From Bacteroidota bacterium (GTDB taxonomy: Bacteria; Bacteroidota; Bacteroidia; Bacteroidales; CAIWKO01): a DNA stretch of 64,000 bases. Below, in pieces: positions 55,075-64,000 of the stretch (positions are counted from its first letter, which is position 1; the number at the start of each line of letters is the position of its first letter). The notes under the pieces are model-generated. The model was not told the DNA's origin. It did no database searches and worked only from the letters and a program-made list of their open reading frames with translations. Location of the stretch: positions 488 through 64,487 of the forward strand of contig JBAXND010000005.1 in the NCBI GenBank assembly GCA_037133915.1. Reading direction: 5' to 3'. The position numbers were made by a program, and so were the translations under genes.

Positions 55075-58032
55075 CTATTGAATCCGTACAATTTTGTAAA
55101 CAAATGGCGGATGATTATTGAAAATTATCTTCAGAAAATATAAACCGGGAACAGTGATTCCCATAGTTTGTATTGGTAATACAAGCTTCTTTGTATTTGT
55201 AATACTTAATGATGACATTAGTTGCCCCGTTTCATTCAGTACTTCTATTCGTACCGGAATGTATTCGCTTTCTGCGAAAGAAATGGAAATGGCATCGGTA
55301 AACGGATTTGGTGATATGCTTATTTGAGGCTGAATATGGCTCTCTGCAACAAATACATTGGTTTCAACAAATACTCCGTCGGATATCGCTTTCGCCGATT
55401 TAAGTCCTGCACCATTGACCGCTTTTACCGAAAAATAATACGTGTTGCCCTGCACAAGCGTTGCACTTTGGGTGACAGCCGGATTTGTTATCGGCCCTGT
55501 CCATGCAATGGTATTTGAATCTCCTGCATGGTCTCCCGCACAATAAAAATAGCCTGCGATTCCGGAATTTGCATCGACCGGACTTGCCCAGTTGGCCGAT
55601 AATTGATTCTGAATAATGGTTGTATCAATATCCAGAGATGTGCCGTCATTCACCACAGATATTGCTGAGGGCGCCGTCCAGTCTATATTTACATTCAGAC
55701 TACCGGGAACTGAAACGTTATTATAAATGTCCGTAACTATTGATTTTATGCGGCACGACGGTGTGAGCGGGTCCGGATTTTGGTAACGCACATCCGCAAA
55801 ACTATTACCAATGCTTACATTGGCGCTAGTTCCGCGAATTTTATAAACTTTTACATCATCAAAAAGTACGCTGGCATTACCGGTTCGTAATGAAATGGAG
55901 TTTCCGTTCTGATAGGGTGAGGGATCTGTCCAGGTTGAAACGGCCACATCATTTAAAAATGCCGTTATCTTGCCGCTTGTGCGGTCAAATATTACTTTGC
56001 AGTCGTACCAGGTATTTGCATTGATAACACAGTCATCATCGGTCATAAGGTTCATCACATCATTCACATATTTATAAATCTGGACCTTGTCTTGGTCGGG
56101 ACGGTAATACACCATGTATGAATTTTTACGATTGGGAAATGTTGGGTCGTCACAGCAAAAATGCATGCCACCTCTCTTATTGGTCCCGCTGCCGCCTATG
56201 TTCATCTGCCAGTGATATAAAAATGCTGTGGCGGTTGTCTGGTCAACATTTGCATAAATATTTGTATTGCTCAATGCTTCATCTGTTTGGTCAAGCCTTG
56301 CCGTGTTGATACTCCACGAGCCTGTCAGGTTGTGCCATTCGGGATGTATCGCAGTGTTAAAATTGTCATTGAAAAATCCATTGTTTCCATTCGCCCGCCA
56401 TTCGCTTCCGTCCCAGTCCAGCACCTGATAGAATTTCTGCGATACCGCTGTATTATCATTATCGGTAAATGTTGCGGTAAAGTTTTGCGTTTCCCAGTTT
56501 GCCGCGCTAACAGCTGTAGTTGGTGGCACATTGTCAGTGCTGCAGTTCCAAATGGCTTTCCAGCCGGGCTTTACGGTGGCGTGGTCGGAGTAGAATTTCA
56601 GAGTCAGCGAATTGCCTGAAGACGCAATGGTTCCGGGGTTCACCGTTCCGGAATAGCCGCCAATCAATGGTGATGCAATCGTTGGACCATCAAAAATCCA
56701 CAGCGAATCATAACCGCTTTCAAGGTTCAGTGTATCAAAATCGAGGCTAAGCGACGACGCGCCTGTCGGGGCAATAGTATAAGTAAATTGCTCGTCATTG
56801 AAATAGCTCCATGCCGGTCCTCCAAGGTCATAAATAGTATCGGTGCAGGGAATGACCCCACAATTCGTAAGCTTTGATTCTATGGCGTTCCACAGGTCGG
56901 AATAGCCGTCGTCGTACCCAAGTGCCCACATCCCCATTCCGGCTATTCCGCGCATGTTTACCATATCGAGCCGCCGGCTCAGGCTTTTTGAATCCAACCC
57001 GAAACACTGGTGCCAGATACCATCGGTCCACAGGTAATAGGGCGTAAAACTATTTCCTTCCCAATGTTTATTCGCATTTGAATAGTTGCCGCTGCTGTTG
57101 TCGCGGAGAAACTTATAAGTACGCGCACTGCTTGTTCCTGCAATGGTGTTGGATGGTACGGTGGAACCTGTTGTGTGCCATTCACGACCATAATATGGAA
57201 GTGCAAGAATTAATTTTGACGGTGAAGCTCCCGAGTAAAGATAATTGGTGATACTACGCGAAAGGTTGTCATACGTTCCACCGGTCATGCTGTATAGCCC
57301 GTCAACAGGGCCTGCCTGTGTACTTCCGCTCCAGTAATAATCATATCCCATGATAATGATAAAGTCAAGATATGGGTTGAGCGCAGCAATATCGAATGTG
57401 CTGTTCCAGTTAACGGCGGGTGCGGCAATACTTACTTTAGAGCCGGGCACTGCAGCGTGCATCTGGTTACAGAGGTCAATTAAAAAGTTAGTGAGGTTTG
57501 TTTTTTGCGATGACGGGACTGCTTCAAAGTCAATATTCACACCGGCTGCATTGCGCTGCTGAACGGCTGCAATAAGTTTTGTGATGAGATTTTGTTTTGC
57601 TATGCTGTGTGTAAGAAAGTACGCATGACCGTCCATCAGCGTTGCGCAAAGATGCACCCTGACACCGTGCGCCTGAGCGGTATCAACAACTGCAGCTGTT
57701 GACCAACCATTCGTAGTAATGGCATTACCGGTGAGAGAATCCACATCATACGAAAAGAAACAAAGGTCGGTCAGCAAATCCCAACGGTAATTTTGATAGG
57801 CACTTCCGCTCCAGTAAGGATGATATCCGTACACTATTTTGTTGAGGCTGCAATTTGACTTCTGAGTATTGGAACTTCCGGGAATAAAGGCATTCAGAGA
57901 ATCATAAAAAGCATTGTTCTGTTCGCCAAACTGACGGTAATATTCAAGCTGCTCCTTGTGAATATATGATTGAGCAAATAATGAATATACAGGAAATAAT
58001 ACAGTGACTGCGATAAGTAACAATTTTTTCAT
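55075..58032 (-). CDS. Secreted GH18 (YaaH/YdhD-like) glycosidase fused to CUB-like, LamG-like and Ig/Fn3-like domains, with a T9SS C-terminal domain
   Basis: Signal peptide MKKLLLIAVTVLFPVYSLFAQS. GH18 catalytic block AAGVNIDFEAV. CUB-like block at aa 391-497. CTD ISISPNPFTDAISISF...GLYFLKII. Confidence 0.8.
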   Translation of the reverse strand: MKKLLLIAVTVLFPVYSLFAQSYIHKEQLEYYRQFGEQNNAFYDSLNAFIPGSSNTQKSNCSLNKIVYGYHPYWSGSAYQNYRWDLLTDLCFFSYDVDSLTGNAITTNGWSTAAVVDTAQAHGVRVHLCATLMDGHAYFLTHSIAKQNLITKLIAAVQQRNAAGVNIDFEAVPSSQKTNLTNFLIDLCNQMHAAVPGSKVSIAAPAVNWNSTFDIAALNPYLDFIIIMGYDYYWSGSTQAGPVDGLYSMTGGTYDNLSRSITNYLYSGASPSKLILALPYYGREWHTTGSTVPSNTIAGTSSARTYKFLRDNSSGNYSNANKHWEGNSFTPYYLWTDGIWHQCFGLDSKSLSRRLDMVNMRGIAGMGMWALGYDDGYSDLWNAIESKLTNCGVIPCTDTIYDLGGPAWSYFNDEQFTYTIAPTGASSLSLDFDTLNLESGYDSLWIFDGPTIASPLIGGYSGTVNPGTIASSGNSLTLKFYSDHATVKPGWKAIWNCSTDNVPPTTAVSAANWETQNFTATFTDNDNTAVSQKFYQVLDWDGSEWRANGNNGFFNDNFNTAIHPEWHNLTGSWSINTARLDQTDEALSNTNIYANVDQTTATAFLYHWQMNIGGSGTNKRGGMHFCCDDPTFPNRKNSYMVYYRPDQDKVQIYKYVNDVMNLMTDDDCVINANTWYDCKVIFDRTSGKITAFLNDVAVSTWTDPSPYQNGNSISLRTGNASVLFDDVKVYKIRGTSANVSIGNSFADVRYQNPDPLTPSCRIKSIVTDIYNNVSVPGSLNVNIDWTAPSAISVVNDGTSLDIDTTIIQNQLSANWASPVDANSGIAGYFYCAGDHAGDSNTIAWTGPITNPAVTQSATLVQGNTYYFSVKAVNGAGLKSAKAISDGVFVETNVFVAESHIQPQISISPNPFTDAISISFAESEYIPVRIEVLNETGQLMSSLSITNTKKLVLPIQTMGITVPGLYFLKIIFNNHPPFVYKIVRIQ

Positions 58033-58057
58033 TGTATTTGAATTAAAGTTTTTATTA

Positions 58058-58065
58058 CAAAGTTA
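58058..58065 (-). promoter_or_regulatory. Candidate -7 box (TAACTTTG) for the GH18 gene
   Basis: TAnnTTTG on the minus strand, 26 nt upstream of the ATG at 58032. Confidence 0.4.
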
Positions 58066-58235
58066 ATCTTTTCGCAATTTCAGATTTGATTTTCTCATTT
58101 TGACCCTGTTCTTACTCACAGTTTATCCTAAAACGCCCGGTTTCTAATGTTAATAGCTTGGTTAATATTGCACTGTGCGCGGTATTTAAATCAGGAACAA
58201 TTTGTGGTATATTCGCAATTGGTCAAAATGAACTC

Positions 58236-61200
58236 ATGGTAACTGCCGACGGTAAACCAATCAAAGAAAACAGAAGACTGCGTAAAATGGGTGTCGGTCT
58301 GTATGTATTGACAGGCGCGGCGATTTTGTATTTCTTGGTCTGGTATTTTTTCATACTTCAAAAAGAAGTGCTGACTCAACCTGTAACCGATCGTGGTGTG
58401 CCATTTCTCGAAAAGCCTTCAAGGTGGGCAGATTCAGTACTTGCCACTATGACGCTTCAGCAAAAAGCGGCGCAGCTTTTTATTTGCGATGCCGATGCGA
58501 ACGCTTATCCGAAAGGCGATTCACAGTTTCTCGAGACGATTTACAAAACCGGAATTGGTGGTTTGTATTTTAAACGTGGCAGTATTTCTTCGTTACCTTA
58601 TACAATCAATCATATTCAGTCGGGGGCACTCGTACCGATACTTTGCGCAACGGATGCGGAATTTGGCTTGTACGGTTCCTCAGACAGTCTGTCCAAATTG
58701 TTCCGCATGAATTCATTGATGGATATCTCCGATACGAAAATACTAAAGGAACTTGCCTCGCAAATTGCACTTCAATACAGAAAGAACGGTCTTCACATGG
58801 TGTTTGGTCCTTCATTGAATATCATGAATGAGAACACCGATAAATGTTACGAACCCTCGTATTTCATGTTTATTAATGATTGTCAGAAACGATTGGTTTC
58901 ATATACGCAAGAGCTTCAGAAAAATGGTTTGATAGCTGTTGCTCAGACATTTCCTGCTTATAGAATGGCCGTAGTACGGGATTCAATGGTTCCTGAACTT
59001 CTGCGTAAAGCAGATTCGTTGCGGGGCATACCCTTGCAGAAACTTATAGCCGCCGGGCTTTCCGGAATTTTGCTGAATAACGGTCCGGCACCTTCAAAGG
59101 CTTCGATTATTGATTCTTTGCATTCTGCTTACCGTTTCAAAGGACTTGTGCTGTCTGATCTTCTTAACGGAAAAACTGCGGTGGGTGCGGAAATGGTGGA
59201 TGTTATACTGAAGTCGCTGCAAACGGGCAGCGACATGGTGTTGATTCCATATGGTGATGGAAGCCTTCTGCAAAAAGCAATTGATGTGGCTTCAAGTAAA
59301 TTGCCGGCATCTGAACTGGATGCGAAAGTAAAGAAGATTTTATATGCAAAAGCATGGGCGATTCCTCATCCTTTCAGCCCTGTGAACGTTGATTCTGCCA
59401 ATTTTTTTGCGCTTGGCGGACGTGCTGAAATGATGGCGCGGAGACTAGCGGAAACATCGATTACGCTGATAACAAATCAGGAAAAATTTCTCCCGCTGAA
59501 AAATCTTCGGGATAAAAAAATGGCCGTTTTAGAGGTAGGTTCCTGCAGCAGTGCGGCTTTCAAAAACATGGCAGGAAAATATTCTGATGTGGCCTGCTTT
59601 TCGATTACGTCGAATATCAATGAAAAAAGCCTTGAAACATTTGTCGCAAAACTGAAGCCGTACAATACGGTGCTTGTTGCTGTTTATCCTGTTGACAAAG
59701 CGATAACGGTTCAAGTGGTTGCTGAAAAATTAAAAGCATTTTTGGAAAAACTGAAGAAACAATCAAAAATTGTTGTGAGCGTTTTTGGTGAAAAGGAAAT
59801 GCTTGCCGCACTGCGCGGAATGCCTGTTTTGATATGGTGTGGCGGTAGCGGAACATTCTATCAGGAGGCTTCGGCGCAGGCTGTATTTGGAGGAATGCCC
59901 GTCATGGGAAGGCTTCCGTCAAGCTGGTCCGATAAGTTATGCTATAACGATGGTATTTATGTGCCGCTGGCAACACGACTGAAATACACCATTCCGGAAG
60001 ATGCCGGACTTGACCGCACGGATCTTGACGAGATAGACAATATTGTAAAAAGTGCTATCGGTAATGGCGCTTTTCCCGGATGTCAGGTGTTTTGTGCACT
60101 GAAAGGAAAAGTAATTTATAACAGAGCATTCGGAAATCATACGTACGAAAAAGTTGAACCTGTACGTACAACTGATTTGTACGATATCGCTTCTGTGACC
60201 AAGGTGGCCGCCACGACCATCGCACTGATGACTCTCTATGACAGGGGAAAGATAAAACTCGATACCACTCTGGAATATTATTTTGATGATTTGGATAAAA
60301 ATGCATCGGGCAAAAAAGTACGCATTGCAAAAATAAAATCACTCAGCCTGCGCGACCTTCTCACACACCGCTCGGGCTTACCGTCGGGAATGCCGATAGG
60401 GCGGTTTATCAGTCCGGCATGGGCACTCAAACAGATTCGGCTGGCACAGAAACGTGCGGAAATCGAAGCATCGCAGGACACCACAGAGCAGGCAGAAGAG
60501 TCGGTCTATAATTTTGATATTGACACCAATCAGGTGAATCTTGATGCCGACTCGCTGTATAAATATATTTATTCGAAGACTAAAAAGCCTGAATACTCGC
60601 TTGAAATTGCCGATAAAATGTTCATGAGGAATACCATTGTTGATTCAATCTGGCAACTGGCAAAACAGGTGGGAGTGCGCAAGAGCAAGAATTATTTGTA
60701 CAGCGACATGAATTTGTATCTCGTCATGAAAGTGGTGGAACGTGTTTCTGAGTTGCAGCTTGACGAATATCTTGATAAAGTTGTATATGGTCCGCTGAAC
60801 TTAAGGAATACCTGTTTCAACCCATTGAATTATTATAAAAAGGATTGCATTATTCCTACCGAAGAAGAGAAGATTTTCAGAAAGCAACTGATACATGGCT
60901 ACGTGCATGATCCGCTTGCCGCGCTGAATGCGGGAATTGGTGGCAACGCAGGTCTATTCTCAAGTGCTCAAGATCTGGGCATTTTAATGCAGATGATGCT
61001 CAATGGCGGGACTTACGGTGGTATTCGTTTCTTCAGTGAGAAAACAGTTGACTTATTTACCTCTGTGCAGGAGGGCACATATCGTGGCCTGGGCTGGGAC
61101 CATCAGACAAAAAGCGGTGCTAAAATGATTGCCCGGTCGGCATCGTCGTCTACTTACGGACATACCGGTTTTACCGGAACCTGCGTTTGGGTTGACCCTG

Positions 61201-61337
61201 AAATCGGACTGGTTTATGTGTTTCTTTCAAACAGGGTATGCCCGCGCAGCAGCAATCAAAAAATCAATGCAACGGCCATACGGCAAAGGGTTCAGCAGGT
61301 AGTTTACAATGCTATCGCTAAGCAGAAGAAAAGTTAA
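58236..61337 (+). CDS. Membrane-anchored fusion of a GH3 N-terminal (NagZ-like) domain and a serine hydrolase (beta-lactamase/PBP4*-like) domain
   Basis: I prefer the ATG at 58236 (MVTADGK...); the track ORF opens at 58158. One TM helix (GVGLYVLTGAAILYFLVWYFF). GH3-like region LQQKAAQLF...GIGGLYF. Beta-lactamase-like motifs SVTK (SxxK) and HTGFTG. Confidence 0.8.
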   Translation: MVTADGKPIKENRRLRKMGVGLYVLTGAAILYFLVWYFFILQKEVLTQPVTDRGVPFLEKPSRWADSVLATMTLQQKAAQLFICDADANAYPKGDSQFLETIYKTGIGGLYFKRGSISSLPYTINHIQSGALVPILCATDAEFGLYGSSDSLSKLFRMNSLMDISDTKILKELASQIALQYRKNGLHMVFGPSLNIMNENTDKCYEPSYFMFINDCQKRLVSYTQELQKNGLIAVAQTFPAYRMAVVRDSMVPELLRKADSLRGIPLQKLIAAGLSGILLNNGPAPSKASIIDSLHSAYRFKGLVLSDLLNGKTAVGAEMVDVILKSLQTGSDMVLIPYGDGSLLQKAIDVASSKLPASELDAKVKKILYAKAWAIPHPFSPVNVDSANFFALGGRAEMMARRLAETSITLITNQEKFLPLKNLRDKKMAVLEVGSCSSAAFKNMAGKYSDVACFSITSNINEKSLETFVAKLKPYNTVLVAVYPVDKAITVQVVAEKLKAFLEKLKKQSKIVVSVFGEKEMLAALRGMPVLIWCGGSGTFYQEASAQAVFGGMPVMGRLPSSWSDKLCYNDGIYVPLATRLKYTIPEDAGLDRTDLDEIDNIVKSAIGNGAFPGCQVFCALKGKVIYNRAFGNHTYEKVEPVRTTDLYDIASVTKVAATTIALMTLYDRGKIKLDTTLEYYFDDLDKNASGKKVRIAKIKSLSLRDLLTHRSGLPSGMPIGRFISPAWALKQIRLAQKRAEIEASQDTTEQAEESVYNFDIDTNQVNLDADSLYKYIYSKTKKPEYSLEIADKMFMRNTIVDSIWQLAKQVGVRKSKNYLYSDMNLYLVMKVVERVSELQLDEYLDKVVYGPLNLRNTCFNPLNYYKKDCIIPTEEEKIFRKQLIHGYVHDPLAALNAGIGGNAGLFSSAQDLGILMQMMLNGGTYGGIRFFSEKTVDLFTSVQEGTYRGLGWDHQTKSGAKMIARSASSSTYGHTGFTGTCVWVDPEIGLVYVFLSNRVCPRSSNQKINATAIRQRVQQVVYNAIAKQKKS

Positions 61338-61361
61338 AAGTGGGCGTAAGCATCTTCGAAA

Positions 61362-62540
61362 TCAATCAATACTGCCGGCCCACACAAAATCATGGAAGCC
61401 GGCATCCGATATATTAAGACCTGTGAGATAGTGCTTTTTCAGGTTTAGAGACGATGTGCGGTGCTCAAGTATTTTCAAATCATGTACCGACGGTGTTTCC
61501 TTCACTTCAAAGGATATTTCATCATTCAAAATGAAATCAATTTCCTGGCCGGTTTTTTTTGCATAATACTTAATGTCTCCATGCAGTGCTAACTGGTTTG
61601 CAACCGAATTTTCAAGTAATATGCCGGTTATATTTTGCCCGAGTATTTTAAGTATTCCATTGTCAGTAAAATACAGTTTCTTTTGAAGGGCAATTTCACG
61701 ATCGGCATTTCTCACAAATGCCGGTACCAGTCGGATGAGGTATGTGTCCACAAAAAAACCAAGATATTCTTTGATGGTTTTACGGTCTATTCCGCTCAGG
61801 TTTGAAAGTTTTGTATAATCAATTTTATTGGATGCGCGTGACGACAGAAGTGTAATGAGTTTGTATATCTCATCGGTCCTGGTAAAATCGGCGAGAAATT
61901 TAATGTCTATTCTCAGGTAAGAATTGATGATATCTTTCAGTAATTCTTTTTTGTCTTCTATATTCCTCGCCAGCACTACCTCCGGAAATCCGCCATAATT
62001 AATATAATCAAGATAATGATGCCTGAGATTATTATATTCGGAGGTATTCACCCGTCTGAAAATATGTTTTTTCACGGGCGTTTTTACTTTTTTGAAAAGC
62101 AGGTATTCCCCGAATGTAAGAGGATGCATTTCAAATATGCGTTTCCGTCCGGCAAGGCTTTCGGTAAAATAATTTTTTATGTAGAAGGAACTTGAGCCTG
62201 TGAGAATGAATTTAATATTGTAAGTGTCGTAAAGGTATTTGATTACACTTGTGATGTTTGGCACGAGCTGTATTTCATCGATTGCGATATATGCTTTTTT
62301 GTCAAAATCAAGCCCTTCAGCCCGGAGAGAGCGCACAATGTTTCCATAATTTGCTTCTCCAAAAAGTGCGCGGTACTCGACACGTTCGAGGTCGAAGAAT
62401 TTTTTATTTGACGAGCGAATCTTTCCAAGCAGATGATGAACCGCTGTGGTTTTCCCAATCCGCCTCAATCCTGTAATTACAATAATCTGTTTTACGTTCA
62501 GGGCTTTTTCCAATAATGGAAAAATTGTCCGGTTTATCAT
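61362..62540 (-). CDS. AAA-family ATPase with a C-terminal DUF4143 (PD-(D/E)xK-like) domain
   Basis: Walker A ITGLRRIGKTT and Walker B YIAIDEIQ. The C-terminal ...GQEIDFIL... is typical of DUF4143. The gene is AT-rich relative to its neighbours. Confidence 0.85.
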   Translation of the reverse strand: MINRTIFPLLEKALNVKQIIVITGLRRIGKTTAVHHLLGKIRSSNKKFFDLERVEYRALFGEANYGNIVRSLRAEGLDFDKKAYIAIDEIQLVPNITSVIKYLYDTYNIKFILTGSSSFYIKNYFTESLAGRKRIFEMHPLTFGEYLLFKKVKTPVKKHIFRRVNTSEYNNLRHHYLDYINYGGFPEVVLARNIEDKKELLKDIINSYLRIDIKFLADFTRTDEIYKLITLLSSRASNKIDYTKLSNLSGIDRKTIKEYLGFFVDTYLIRLVPAFVRNADREIALQKKLYFTDNGILKILGQNITGILLENSVANQLALHGDIKYYAKKTGQEIDFILNDEISFEVKETPSVHDLKILEHRTSSLNLKKHYLTGLNISDAGFHDFVWAGSID

Positions 62541-62575
62541 GATTCATATTTTTTTACAAATTTACTAAATGGCAA

Positions 62576-62700
62576 CAGAAATTCCAAATAATATTATAAA
62601 AAGGATAAATTATTTCCAAAAAGTAATACTAAAAGGATGAAAAATTGCCAAAAAGTACAATTACAAAACAGAAACCGTTATTCCCAAAAGCAGTATTTTT
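62576..62700. repeat. Degenerate tandem repeats of about 32 bp (3-4 copies), core ATT(T)CCAAAAAGTA, in the divergent intergenic region
   Basis: The CCA cores lie at 62584, 62616, 62648 and 62684 (spacing 32, 32, 36). Copies 1 and 2 also share ...AAAAGGAT(A/G)AA... Confidence 0.5.
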
Positions 62701-62723
62701 GTTTTCAGTAATGAACCCTGATT

Positions 62724-63248
62724 ATGGAAAAAGTACTGAGAGGCGATGTAAGGCTTTATGAAATACTGGATCAACTGCGGATATCTTTTGATTATTATGA
62801 GCATCCGCCGGTACCGACGGTCAAAGAGGCTGCCATTTACTGGAAAGATCTGGTTGCGACGCATTGCAAGAATATCTTTTTTCGCAATCATAAGGGAAAT
62901 CGCCATTATCTGGTCATCATGGAGTTTTACCGCATGCTCAACATTCACGATTTGGAGCAGCGACTGCGGCAGGGAAAGCTCACCTTTGCCTCGCCTGAAA
63001 GGCTCATGAATTATTTAGGATTGACGCCCGGTTCCGTATCACCCTTTGGTCTGATAAACGACCCCTCGCATCATGTACATTTGTTTCTGGACGAAACACT
63101 GAAGCATGCCGAGCGCATCAGTTTTCATCCGAATATAAATACGGCATCTTTAGTGATAAAGAATGAAGACTTTATCCGTTTCCTGCAGTGGACGGGCAAT
63201 ACGTACGAGTTCGTGAAAATGTACGAAGACGAAGAATCAAAAGACTAA
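62724..63248 (+). CDS. ProX/YbaK-type aminoacyl-tRNA deacylase (prolyl-tRNA synthetase-associated domain protein)
   Basis: 174 aa with YEHPPVPTVKEA, HCKNIFFRN and LGLTPGSVSPFGLIND motifs. Confidence 0.8.
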   Translation: MEKVLRGDVRLYEILDQLRISFDYYEHPPVPTVKEAAIYWKDLVATHCKNIFFRNHKGNRHYLVIMEFYRMLNIHDLEQRLRQGKLTFASPERLMNYLGLTPGSVSPFGLINDPSHHVHLFLDETLKHAERISFHPNINTASLVIKNEDFIRFLQWTGNTYEFVKMYEDEESKD

Positions 63249-63255
63249 TTCCGCT

Positions 63256-64000
63256 TTACTTGATCAGGAACGGGAATTTATCGAAGTTCTTAAGCGCAAT
63301 TGCGGTTCCGCGTGCAACAGCTCTCAAAGGGTCTTCTGCAACATGAACGGGCAGCTTCGTTTTAAGATGAATGCGCTTGTCGAGACCACGCAGTAACGAA
63401 CCACCACCTGCAAGGTAGATACCCGACATATAAATATCGGCAGCGAGTTCGGGAGGCGTCATTTCAAGAGCGTTCAGAACGGCTGCTTCAATTTTAGTGA
63501 TTGATTTATCGAGTGCATGCGCTATTTCGGCGTAATTCACCATAATTTCTTTGGGAATGCCGGTAAGCATATCGCGTCCGTGAACGGGGTAATCAGGAGG
63601 AGGATTATCAATTTCGGGAAGTGCCGCGCCTACTTCAATTTTAATACGTTCGGCAGTGCGCTCACCAATACTGATGTTGTGCTGCTTGCGCATGTATTCT
63701 TCAATGTCGGCGTTGAAATCGTCGCCGGCAATACGAATGGATTTATTGTTAACGATACCGCCGAGTGCAATAACGGCGATTTCGCTGGTGCCACCGCCAA
63801 TGTCAATTACCATATTACCATTTGGTTCGAGTACATCCAAACCTATACCGATTGCGGCGGCCATTGGTTCATGTATCAGTCGCACTTCTTTGGCACCGGC
63901 CTGTTCGGCTGAGTCGCGTACGGCGCGCTCTTCCACTTCCGTGATACCCGAAGGGATGGAGATGACCATTTTTAAAGCGGGCGGAAATAAGGATTTGCGG
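63256..64000 (-). CDS. mreB: Rod shape-determining protein MreB (N-terminus outside the window)
   Basis: Actin-fold motifs DIGGGTSEIAVI and YLAGGGSLLRGLD. The frame stays open to the window edge upstream of the track's internal Met. Confidence 0.95.
   Translation of the reverse strand, partial: RKSLFPPALKMVISIPSGITEVEERAVRDSAEQAGAKEVRLIHEPMAAAIGIGLDVLEPNGNMVIDIGGGTSEIAVIALGGIVNNKSIRIAGDDFNADIEEYMRKQHNISIGERTAERIKIEVGAALPEIDNPPPDYPVHGRDMLTGIPKEIMVNYAEIAHALDKSITKIEAAVLNALEMTPPELAADIYMSGIYLAGGGSLLRGLDKRIHLKTKLPVHVAEDPLRAVARGTAIALKNFDKFPFLIK

Noticed and set aside
62576-62700. Possible degenerate CRISPR array
   Set aside because: The repeats are only about 70-75% identical, AT-rich and contiguous rather than repeat-spacer structured. 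No cas genes are present in the window.
1-64000. Mobile genetic element, prophage or defence island calls
   Set aside because: I found no integrase, transposase, recombinase, phage structural, restriction-modification, toxin-antitoxin or other recognisable defence genes. Only compositional hints exist (at 20.5-21.5 kb, 29.3-29.75 kb and 61.4-62.7 kb), and those are reported as findings instead.

Overview
This 64-kb window looks like a chromosomal segment from a Bacteroidota genome. Supporting signs are several proteins ending in T9SS (Por-secretion-tail) C-terminal domains, recurrent TAnnTTTG -7 promoter boxes 20-35 nt upstream of start codons, and the panD-panC / short glycogen-synthase / DUF4270 / glmS arrangement. 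I can support about 53 protein-coding genes, one tRNA-Gln(CUG), several rho-independent-type hairpins and a handful of short repeats. Most genes are housekeeping: glnS, mutY, hup, rng, lpxH-like, mrdA-rodA, radA, panCD, glmS, nif3, mreB. Accessory-looking content includes a T9SS cargo cluster (a LamG protein plus two tandem C25 gingipain-family peptidases) and a TetR-TolC-HlyD-ABC efflux operon interrupted by an AT-rich four-helix-bundle (23S-IVS/Avd-type) gene. It also includes a winged-helix regulator operon encoding a polytopic-membrane::leucine-rich-repeat fusion, a secreted GH18-CUB multidomain protein, a GH3-like/beta-lactamase-like fusion and a DUF4143 AAA ATPase. I found no CRISPR array, rRNA, integrase, transposase or reverse transcriptase. 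The four items I would check first are all modest leads. (1) An unannotated 29-aa hyper-basic ORF between hup and rng that looks like ribosomal protein bS22. (2) The inverted-repeat-flanked four-helix-bundle cassette inside the ABC operon. (3) The wHTH / membrane-LRR operon. (4) The only long non-coding gap (20.5-21.5 kb), which carries a promoter, a structured leader and two small ORFs. None of these is a demonstrated new system. All family assignments come from motif recognition by eye, not from database searches.
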